From positions 11,367 through 75,366 of the forward strand of contig PYJC01000107.1 of NCBI GenBank assembly GCA_003635255.1: a DNA stretch of 64,000 nucleotides, given 5' to 3'. Of this stretch, positions 26,635-35,200 are shown one piece after another. The notes beneath the pieces are model-generated. The model was not told the origin of the DNA. It did no database searches and was given only the letters and a program-made list of their open reading frames with translations. Numbering within the stretch: the stretch's first letter is position 1; every line of letters begins with the position of its first letter. The translations under genes were made by a program, and so were the position numbers. This DNA comes from Candidatus Poribacteria bacterium (GTDB lineage Bacteria; Poribacteria; WGA-4E; WGA-3G).

Positions 26635-28203
26635 TCATACTGTATCCTCCAGAATCTTTGCAACATTCTCAGCGATGCGTTCCTCGAGCTGATGGGCTTC
26701 GGCATTTAGGATGGCTAATTCCTCGTTGAGCTGCGTAAATCGTTCGGTGAAGTCGAAATCATCGGTTGTCTGTTCATCAACCCCGACATAGCGTCCGGGG
26801 TTCAGACTCCAACCTTGTGTCTCAATCTCGGTAATCGTAGCGACCTTGCAAAGTCCGGGAACATCAATGTATGCTGTATCGGGGAATTTTGAGGTGAGGA
26901 AATCTGCGCTGTCGTGTTGATTCTCAGGTGCTTCTCCGCGATAAAGTCTGACGATGTTTGCAAGGAATTCAAGTTGTAAGGGTGTGAATTCCCGATGTGC
27001 GCGGCTCACTTGCTGATAGAGATGGCGTGCGTCAATGAACAAGACTTTATCGCGTCTATCGCCGTTCCGTTTGGACTTATCGAAAAACCAAAGGGTACAG
27101 GGTAAAGTAACAGTATAAAAGAAATTTGAGGCGATGCTGACGATGACATCGACTGCCCCCGATTCAATAATTTGGCGGCGGATGTCGAGTTCAGAGGCGC
27201 GGGCATCAGCGGCGGAGTTCGCCATGACGAAACCTGCACGTCCAGATTCAGAGAGCGAAGTGTAAAACAGTTGAATCCAAAGGTAGTTGGCATTATCAAC
27301 GCGCGGCATACCGAATGGGAATCGGGGATCGTCTTTGATGCGTTCTCTATCTACGCGATCGACATTGAAGGGTGGATTTGCCATCACAAAATCAAACCTA
27401 CCGAAGCAGTTGTGTGGATCCTCATAGTAACTATTTGCCTGTTTGATATCGCCTTCAAGCGCATGGACTGCAAGGTTCATCTTACACAACCTGATCGTTT
27501 CGGCGACGCGTTCAACGCCGTAAATGCTGATGTCTCCAGGGTTACCATTTTTCTTGTGGTTGCTAATGAACGCTGCACTCTGGACGAACATGCCACCGGA
27601 GCCACACGCGGGATCAAGGATGCGCCCGTGAAAGGGTTGTATAATCTCAACGATGAGTTTGACGAGCGAAGTCGGCGTGAAGAATTCACCGCCGCGTTGC
27701 CCCTCACTCATGGCGAAATTGCCGAGGAAGTACTCATAAACCTTCCCGAAAGCATCCCCTTCAATGTCCATAGGGATCTGTTGCATGATACGGAGGAGTT
27801 CAAGGAGTGTGCTCTTTTCCAAACGATTGTACGTCTTCGGTAGGACACCATCAACCTGTGAATTTTCTGTTTCTATTGCCTTCATAGCGTCTGTGATGGC
27901 TTGTCCGATGTTTTCATTTTCTGGCAAATTCAGTAGGTATTGAAAACGTGAAGGCTCTGGCAGATAAAGTACACCGCGGGCTTGACATTCCATTCTCAGG
28001 TCGGGATGCCTGCGGCTGTTTGGATCGGAAACTTCGCTGCTGATTTCTTTTTCAGCCTGTGTAAACTTGTGATCGGCGTATCGTAAAAAGATAAGACCGA
28101 GGACAGGTGTTGAGTATTCGGATGCCTTAAGACGCGAATTGGCTCTGAGTTCATCGGCAGCACTCCAGAGCCTATTTTCGATGTCGGTGAGATTGGTGTT
28201 CAT
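26635..28203 (-). CDS. hsdM: Type I restriction-modification system, DNA methyltransferase subunit
   Basis: HsdM N-terminal domain ([36 protein letters not shown]), SAM motif [12 protein letters not shown], catalytic NPPF (VMANPPFNV). Confidence 0.95.
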   Translation of the reverse strand: MNTNLTDIENRLWSAADELRANSRLKASEYSTPVLGLIFLRYADHKFTQAEKEISSEVSDPNSRRHPDLRMECQARGVLYLPEPSRFQYLLNLPENENIGQAITDAMKAIETENSQVDGVLPKTYNRLEKSTLLELLRIMQQIPMDIEGDAFGKVYEYFLGNFAMSEGQRGGEFFTPTSLVKLIVEIIQPFHGRILDPACGSGGMFVQSAAFISNHKKNGNPGDISIYGVERVAETIRLCKMNLAVHALEGDIKQANSYYEDPHNCFGRFDFVMANPPFNVDRVDRERIKDDPRFPFGMPRVDNANYLWIQLFYTSLSESGRAGFVMANSAADARASELDIRRQIIESGAVDVIVSIASNFFYTVTLPCTLWFFDKSKRNGDRRDKVLFIDARHLYQQVSRAHREFTPLQLEFLANIVRLYRGEAPENQHDSADFLTSKFPDTAYIDVPGLCKVATITEIETQGWSLNPGRYVGVDEQTTDDFDFTERFTQLNEELAILNAEAHQLEERIAENVAKILEDTV

Positions 28204-28293
28204 AATGTCTGTTTTCCTCGGGTTATCGCTGAAGAAATATCCATCGTCGTTACAGAACTGAGCAAGTAAACGATGCCTCCGATATTCGGTTAC

Positions 28294-29466
28294 TTATGGA
28301 CTCACAACCTTATAGAGTTCTATCTGTCCGTTGCGGATTCTGTAGAGTTCAACGTATTTGATGGGATGACGATTCTCATCAAAATGGGAGATAGTGGTCG
28401 CGCCTTGGTAGTTGGTTGTGGCTGCCAAAGTATCGCGAATGGCATCAGGGTCAAGCGTTCCAGCGTTTTTGATGGCGAGTGCTAATAACGACATCGCATC
28501 GTACCCCCACGCCGAGGGACCGTCTGGTGGTTCCATATACATCGCTGTGTAAGCCTTAACAAAGGCAGGGGCACTGACGGACTCGACATTGAAACCTCTG
28601 GTGAAGTAAGATCCTTCCAGAGGTGTGTTGTCCTCTAAAGTGCCGAGGAGTTTGTCGGGTTCATCCCAACCGTTGGTCCCGATAAAGGTTGCGTCAATGC
28701 CCATATTCCTCGCTTGTAATGCGAGCAACGGAATTTCTGGACTAAAACCGGCAATCAATAGCACATCTGGAGCACCGGCTTGAATCTCTGCTAATTGCGC
28801 GGTGAAATCTCTATCACCGTGTTGGTAGACTTCACTTGCAACGAGTTCGCCCTCGAGCGTTTGAAAATTCTTTTCAAACGCATCGGTAACAGCACCGGAG
28901 TAGACATCGCCCGTCTGATGGATTGTTGCAGCGGTTTTGGCGTTGAGTTCGGTGGGATCTAATGCGAATTGTGCCGTTGTCATGCCTTGAACCGAGGACG
29001 GAACAACCGTAATAAAGACGAATTCACCTGTTGAGGTTACCCTCTCACCGGATGACCCCGTAATTATGGGTCGCCGAAGCTCAGTGACAACCGGTCCGAC
29101 CTGCATGGAATTCGTCGAGAGGAGGGGACCGAGAATCGCCACAACGCCTTCCTCTTGTATCAACGCTTTGGCGATACGGACGCTTTCATCTGGATCGGGA
29201 AATTCGCGATCGCCTTGATTGTCCATGACGATAAATTCGACCTGCATGCCGAGCAGGCCGCCAGCATGATTGACTTGGGATCTGGCGAGTTCTGCGCCTC
29301 TGGTAAAGTTAGGGGCGAGTCCTGAAGGTTGGATCACGCCGACTTTGATGGTCGATATCGGCTCCGACTCGGAAACGTCAGGTGCAACGATTTGTCGTAT
29401 CCGTTCACACCCTGAGATTGATATGAGTAAAATTGCGATTAGGGGTAAGAAAATTTTTGTTTTCAC
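28294..29466 (-). CDS. ABC transporter substrate-binding lipoprotein (Leu/Ile/Val-binding, LivJ/K-like fold)
   Basis: Lipobox LISISGC. IKVGVIQPSG...GGLLGMQVEFIVMDNQGD...VVAILGPLLS is typical of type I periplasmic binding proteins. There are no adjacent permease or ATPase genes. Confidence 0.8.
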   Translation of the reverse strand: MKTKIFLPLIAILLISISGCERIRQIVAPDVSESEPISTIKVGVIQPSGLAPNFTRGAELARSQVNHAGGLLGMQVEFIVMDNQGDREFPDPDESVRIAKALIQEEGVVAILGPLLSTNSMQVGPVVTELRRPIITGSSGERVTSTGEFVFITVVPSSVQGMTTAQFALDPTELNAKTAATIHQTGDVYSGAVTDAFEKNFQTLEGELVASEVYQHGDRDFTAQLAEIQAGAPDVLLIAGFSPEIPLLALQARNMGIDATFIGTNGWDEPDKLLGTLEDNTPLEGSYFTRGFNVESVSAPAFVKAYTAMYMEPPDGPSAWGYDAMSLLALAIKNAGTLDPDAIRDTLAATTNYQGATTISHFDENRHPIKYVELYRIRNGQIELYKVVSP

Positions 29467-29468
29467 TA

Positions 29469-30014
29469 CTAACTCCTTGTCTGAAATGGAAATTGTTCCG
29501 CAACGACGAACCGGTCATCTGTTTCAGGCGAGCGGTAGATAAGACTGATCGCATCCACTTCACATTGTATCGGTTGCCATTCGGTTTGGAGACGCTGTTG
29601 TTCGGTTTGCAGGGAACGGTGTTGGAATTGACCGACTGAGAGGTGTGGGTGGAATCCACCAGCAAAGCGTGCCGTGTCGTCGTAGTGGGGAAGGTGTTGC
29701 AGCAGAACGCTGTGTAAGTGTACGATTTCGTCTTCGGGTTCTGGCACGAGGAACATCGTACACGATCTTCGGTGTCGAAAAGCGTCAAAGCGTGTGAGTT
29801 CAACGGAAAAAGGTGGCACTTGTTGCGCGGCTTTTGCGAGTGCTGGCGTAATCTCTGCGAAATCGTGTCGTTCTGCGAATGGATAGAGCAGCGTTATGTG
29901 GGGCATCCAACGCTCGAAGTTTCGGTCGTGGCTCCGGCGTATCGCTTGGATGGGTGGCTGCACAGCTTCGGGTGGGATAAGGACAACGGCTGTAGTATGG
30001 GTTTTGTTGGGCAT
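29469..30014 (-). CDS. 2H phosphoesterase superfamily protein (LigT / 2'-5' RNA ligase-like)
   Basis: Two H-x-T/S motifs (HITLLYPF and HLSVGQF) at the expected spacing. The start is set at ATG 30014 (MPNKTHTTAVVLIPPE). Confidence 0.75.
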   Translation of the reverse strand: MPNKTHTTAVVLIPPEAVQPPIQAIRRSHDRNFERWMPHITLLYPFAERHDFAEITPALAKAAQQVPPFSVELTRFDAFRHRRSCTMFLVPEPEDEIVHLHSVLLQHLPHYDDTARFAGGFHPHLSVGQFQHRSLQTEQQRLQTEWQPIQCEVDAISLIYRSPETDDRFVVAEQFPFQTRS

Positions 30015-30046
30015 ATTGTGAATAGATGAGGTTAGGGGATGGTAAA

Positions 30047-30844
30047 TCAACCGACAGACATTCCCCAACGCCCCCCATCAACGTGTAGTGTCTGTCCTGT
30101 GATGTAAGAGGCATCGTCACTGAGGAGGAAAGCGATCACGGATGCTATTTCTTCCGGTCCAGCGCGCCGTCCCATGATACAAGAGGAGATCGGTGATTCT
30201 TCCAATTCCTTTTTGCGAGCAGCAGGGTCGGGTGCTTTTCCGAAGTGCATTTCTGTAACAATCCAACCCGGTGCGATGGCATTCACCCGGATGCCGTATT
30301 CAACGAACTCGGATGCCATTGTTTTAGTGAGGGAGACCAATCCGGCTTTAACGGCATCGTAGACCCACTGTCCGGGTCTGCCAAGAAACCCACCCTCTGA
30401 TGAGAGATTAACGATCGCGGCATCCTCTTTTTTCAGCAACGGCAACAGATGTTGTGTAATCAACACCCAACCTCGGAGACCGATGGCGGTTTCGGGTTCC
30501 CAATTGGGTAGCCACGCGCCGCCTTCAATTTTACCTGTTCTCAAGATAGCAGCATTATTAACGAGAGCATGGAGTGCGGAAAACTTTTCCGCGACAGTTT
30601 GTGCAGCGGCGACAACACTTTCATCATCGGCAAGATCAACCGCTATATAGGTGGCTTTACCACCTGTTTCTTGGATTTGGGAAACCGCCTGATGTGCCAT
30701 TTCGGCATTGTTGTCGGCGATGATAACGTGCGCACCCTCTGCTGCGAGACGGTTCGCCGTTGCTCTGCCGATGCCGGAGGCACCGCCAGTTATCAATGCT
30801 ATTTTATCTGTAAAGCGGATTGTTCCCCATGGGTTTGTTTGCAT
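30047..30844 (-). CDS. SDR-family oxidoreductase
   Basis: ALITGGASGIGRATA cofactor motif, NNAA, and catalytic YDAVKAG (YxxxK). Confidence 0.9.
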   Translation of the reverse strand: MQTNPWGTIRFTDKIALITGGASGIGRATANRLAAEGAHVIIADNNAEMAHQAVSQIQETGGKATYIAVDLADDESVVAAAQTVAEKFSALHALVNNAAILRTGKIEGGAWLPNWEPETAIGLRGWVLITQHLLPLLKKEDAAIVNLSSEGGFLGRPGQWVYDAVKAGLVSLTKTMASEFVEYGIRVNAIAPGWIVTEMHFGKAPDPAARKKELEESPISSCIMGRRAGPEEIASVIAFLLSDDASYITGQTLHVDGGRWGMSVG

Positions 30845-30885
30845 GTGTTTCTAAGCCTTTTTAGTTTTTAGTCATACTTTACAAC

Positions 30886-30945
30886 AATCGCGAGTAAAAC
30901 TCGCTCCTACAGAAGAATCGCGAGTAAAACTCGCTCCTACAGAAG
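30886..30945. repeat. Perfect 30-bp tandem duplication (AATCGCGAGTAAAACTCGCTCCTACAGAAG x2)
   Basis: Read directly: 30886-30915 equals 30916-30945. Each unit has a 6-bp hairpin GCGAGT-AAA-ACTCGC followed by TCCTACAGAAG. Confidence 0.95.
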
Positions 30946-30956
30946 AGACAGTTTGT

Positions 30957-31730
30957 CTATATGCCAGCGGCGAATCCGCCATCAACGAGGAGGGAGGCAC
31001 CGGTGACCCATTCCCCATCATCAGAGGCGAGGAAGACCGCGGCACGTCCGATGTCTCTTGGCAAACCGAAACGCGGTAAGGCGGTTTTTTCCAATGCCTC
31101 TTTGATCTGCTCCGGGGTCAGATAGTCCTGAATCGCTGTCTCAATGTATCCTGGACAAATGGCGTTGACGGTTATGCCGAATTGCCCAATTTCTAAGGCG
31201 GTATCTCGAACCATGTTAACGACAGCGGCTTTCGCGGGGGCATACGCAGGTCCCGCACCACCGCCATAAGCATGGACGGAAGCAATCTGGATAATTCGTC
31301 CAAATTTCGACTGTTTCAGATGGGGGATTGCGAGTTTCGTCGCGACGAAAACGCCGCGGAGGTTAACGCCAACAACACTGTCCCAATCGGCGATTGAGAT
31401 TTCTTGCGAACCGCCGGGGATATGGATACCGGCATTGTTGACGAGAACATCAAGTCCGCCGAAGTGTTCAACGGTTTGCCGAATTGCGTTCGCAATCTGA
31501 GATTCATCGGCGACATCGGTTTGGAGGAATATCCCTTGCGCGCCGAGTTTCTCAATCTCTGCGACAGTTGGTGTTTCAACATCGGTTTCGTGGTATTTAC
31601 CGCGAAGGGGTGCCTCTCGTTTATCTACGATGGCGATACGCGCACCTTCACGGGCGAATTCGAGTGCGATACCGCGCCCGATGCCTGAGCTCCCGCCGGT
31701 TACAATGCAAACGCGATCCTTGAGTAGCAT
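30957..31730 (-). CDS. SDR-family oxidoreductase
   Basis: CIVTGGSSGIGRGIA, NNAG, YAPAKAA (YxxxK). The start is set at ATG 31730 (MLLKDRV); the track uses TTG 31748. Confidence 0.9.
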   Translation of the reverse strand: MLLKDRVCIVTGGSSGIGRGIALEFAREGARIAIVDKREAPLRGKYHETDVETPTVAEIEKLGAQGIFLQTDVADESQIANAIRQTVEHFGGLDVLVNNAGIHIPGGSQEISIADWDSVVGVNLRGVFVATKLAIPHLKQSKFGRIIQIASVHAYGGGAGPAYAPAKAAVVNMVRDTALEIGQFGITVNAICPGYIETAIQDYLTPEQIKEALEKTALPRFGLPRDIGRAAVFLASDDGEWVTGASLLVDGGFAAGI

Positions 31731-31763
31731 TAGTATCTTTCTCCCCAAAACAAACGGACGTTG

Positions 31764-32090
31764 CTACGTAACAAAAATTCGCTGGTAGTTGGTTGTTTTG
31801 TCTGAAGGCTTAATATGAATTTCAACCTTGCGGTTCAGCCGCTTCAGAATCATTAGCAACCGCTCCAGGGTGAAATTAAAATCCATTTCTTTCAGGCGGG
31901 ATACATCAGATCGGTCAAGTCCATAGCGTGCTTCTACTTTTGCTGGTGTTAACTTTTGTTCATCAAGAAGACGGTGGATTGCAAAAGCAAGGTCTACCCT
32001 TAACTGTTCGTATTCCGCTTCTTCCTCAGAGAAACCGATGTCCAAAAACACATTTCCAGAACTTTCCTCAATTTTGATCTCTTCACTCAT
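31764..32090 (-). CDS. XRE-family HTH protein (HigA-like antitoxin type)
   Basis: SSGNVFLDIGFSEEEAEYEQLRVDLAFAIHRLLDEQKLTPAKVEARYGLDRSDVSRLK... is the HTH_37-like pattern of antitoxins that follow RelE/HigB toxins. The start is ATG 32090 behind GGAGGCG. No toxin gene lies upstream. Confidence 0.75.
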   Translation of the reverse strand: MSEEIKIEESSGNVFLDIGFSEEEAEYEQLRVDLAFAIHRLLDEQKLTPAKVEARYGLDRSDVSRLKEMDFNFTLERLLMILKRLNRKVEIHIKPSDKTTNYQRIFVT

Positions 32091-32109
32091 TTTTCGCCTC
32101 CATCTGACA

Positions 32110-32271
32110 TTATACTGTATCTTCCAAAATCCTTGCAACATTTTCAGTGATACGCTCTTCGAGTTGATGTGCTTCAGCGTTCAAGACTACTAACTCTTCA
32201 TTGAGCTCTGTAAAACGTTCGACGAAATCAAAATCGTCAGCGGTTTGTTCGGCGACTCCTACATATCGTCC
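32110..32271 (-). pseudogene. hsdM: Remnant of the 3' end of a second hsdM gene
   Basis: The translation [53 protein letters not shown] matches the last 53 residues of the intact HsdM (26635..) at 45/53 positions by manual alignment. Nothing upstream of it is hsdM-like. Confidence 0.8.
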
Positions 32272-32272
32272 T

Positions 32273-35200
32273 TTAGAAATAAGATCTACCGAGTGAGTTG
32301 CCGGCTCCGAATGCGTTATACGGCACGCCTGCGGGTACAGTCCGGATGCCCCACGTTTCAGTTGTTGCGTCATAACCGACACCCATTGAAACTGCGGGTT
32401 CTTGGATGAGATTTACTTGGAACGTGAAGTCCTGCCGCACATTGTCGTAAGGCGGTTCACGCTTAATACCAATCCGACTCCAAGAAATCCGGAGGTTCCA
32501 ATCGTGTAGGTTCCGCGTCATACTCAAACGTTGTTGATAAAACTGCCCATCAATCGGATAATAGATAAGACTGGCATCAAATTCTAAGTTCCGACTCACA
32601 CGGTACCGTCCGGTAGCAGTGATAGAACGGGAAGCGCGCCTTGCGGTATGCCTTTTGCTAAAAGAACTTCCGAGACTGATGTTCCATGTTTTGCGTGTAT
32701 AACGGATATTAGAACGGAATCCGACCATCTTGAACTGTTGTCCATCATCAGGATGCGGATTCGGGTCATGCGTGAATCGCAAGGTCATGTTAAGGTTTCG
32801 ACTCGGAAGTGGAACGATTGTAAAATCGCTTTCAATAGGCTCAAATTGACGTTCATATAAAGGGTCGAATTCCGTAAAATCGGCAGTGAGGCGTGTATCA
32901 AAATACATGATACGGTGTGGTGACTGGCTACGCCGCGTTTTAATCTCAATAGCCGTGTTGAAGCTATAAGTGAGCCGCTTCCGTTCATAGAAATAGGTAC
33001 TCGGACCGAACGGATACAGGTTATCATCTCTATCAACAGCAGGTTGGTAATCGTATCGGAGTGAGGATTGTATTTCGTGGCGCAATTTCGTGAGTCCAGG
33101 GATATATCTGACATTGTAGATGCGGAAGAGCGTATTTGTGGCGGATCCGTTAAAACTGAAAACGCTCCGAAAAATGTTCTTGTTTTGATCCTGGTCTCGA
33201 TCATGCCAAACTGTATTTGAGTTGAGATTGAGACTCAGCTGCAGCTCCCGTAAAGGTGTGATCAGCAGCGTTGACTGTTTGCGGACATCAAAACCGAGGT
33301 CCATCGTTTTCAGGAATACATCTCTTTCTTCTTCACCGTCTTTCCTGCGAAATACCTCTCTAAAGAAATTGCCGAGTTCAATATCAAGATCAACACTTGT
33401 GCTTTCAAGCGTTGGAAATGAGAACATCGAGAGGAACGGTGTCTCTGTTTCGAGTTTTTCAGCGACCGTTACCATTCTATCATTGATGGTTTGAAAAAAT
33501 GGGAATGCGCTGAGCCGCATCCGTGAAAAGTTCACAGTTAATTGTGGAAGTTTCTGTAGTGATCTCGTCCCTTCACCGGTAAAATCGTGGATGTGCCGGA
33601 TTTCAAGTCTACTTGTGATGTCTCCAATAGTCTCTCGTGAAAACTTCAGATTCCCATTTGGATCAAGATCATCGAGATCAAAGGTTGATAACCCCGTCCC
33701 ATAAGTAAGAATTGCAAAAGAGTAGAGCGAAGATTTATTAGGGAGTTGGTATTCTTCCTTATAACTCTCGGAGCGCAGTTCCGATCTACCCGTGAAGCTG
33801 ATAGGGCGTCGACCTTCTTGGCGGTTATCCCAGGGTGTATAGATAGAATGTGTATGCGCCCATCGCATAATCCAGCGGTTACCGGTTCGGATAGCACTCC
33901 GTCGCTGAGCAGAGTAAACATCCCTACCGTAGATGTAGAGGTCGCCTCGATAGGTCCGCTTTTTATCGACTTTGATAACGCGAAAAGATTTTTTAGTTTG
34001 AATGGGTCGTCTTCCTAAGTCGCCAGCATATAAATTTTGCGCCTCCGAGGCTACTGGACTCGGATCTTCCCACCGTCCACGGAATCCGTGTTTCCGATAG
34101 ATTTTAAGTTCCTCTTCATCCTCTGCCACTTCTTCACCTTCTGCATCCTTTTCCTCTTCATCCTCTGCCACTTCTTCGCCGTCTGCATCCTCTTCCGCAT
34201 TTTCTTCTGTACCTTCTTCTGTGTCTTCTGCTTCGGCTAAGTCTTCGGAATCGGTTTCGCTTTGACTCGGCGTTTCACCGTTCTGCTTGTCCGCCTCTGT
34301 TTCATTCTGATCAGCGTTCTGTGCGTTGTCAACATCATCTGTTTCGTGCTGCTCAACATTCTGTTCATCATCCATACTATCGGCATCACCCCCTTGAACA
34401 GGTGCTTCTTCAGCGGGAGCAGTATCAGTTTTTTGTAGTTGAATATCTTCAGTAGTATCTTGTGGTGTGCCATCTGTTTCAGTCGTTTCTTCAGTCTTTT
34501 CAGGGGGAGGATTCATTACGCCTTCGTAAAACGTCTCCCATTCCGCCTCAAATTCTTCTGCGACTGTTTCAAAGGTAGGGGTCTCCTCTTTTCTGATTAA
34601 TTGGAAGACGTAGAGTCCTTCAGGCATAGTAATAGGTCGGCGTTCAATAACATCGCCCGGTTTCTCCAAGCGTCTGACAGCAGATTGCCATGAGGACTCC
34701 ATCTCATTTAATGGCAAACCTTCGCCTTCATTGACTTCGGAGAGGACAGGTTGCGCTGTTTCAGTAAATCCTTCAGGCAGTTGGACGAGTTGTTCAAAGG
34801 GTTCTCCCTGCTGGGCGCGTTGGAGTATATCATCTGCTAATACGCGCAGTGCGTCCTTTGTATCATCGCTTGGCGTAACAGCGATGTCAATACGGCGGAG
34901 TTTAATCTCGCGTTCACCGTAGACATCAACAATCTGATCGGCTTTGAGGATGTGAAATGCGGATTCGGTTTGGACGATAGGACTAATTTCGCCTTCTTGT
35001 AATGCGAAGGCAGCTGCTTCCAAAGCGGGATCAAGTTTAGGTTCACCTTCTTCATCGATTTCGCCGCGGGCGAGAAAACCGAGGTCACCGCCCTCATACC
35101 GGGTCACCGAGTGGTCAGAATTACGCTGTGCGAGTTCGGCAAAGTCCGCGCCATCTTCTTGAAGCTCCTTGAGAACTTCTTCTACTCGCTCCTTGGCACG

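Noticed and set aside
30886-30945. Could the 30-bp (30886-30945) and 31-bp (53544-53619) direct repeats be CRISPR arrays?
   Set aside because: There are only two copies each. The first pair has no spacer at all and the second only a 14-nt spacer. No cas genes are in the window, and the units resemble the dispersed hairpin elements instead.
32110-32382. 90-aa ORF listed in the track as a possible gene
   Set aside because: Its first ~36 codons overlap the 3' end of the LptD-like gene in another frame. Only its last 53 codons are meaningful, as the hsdM remnant. It is treated as a pseudogene fragment, not a gene.
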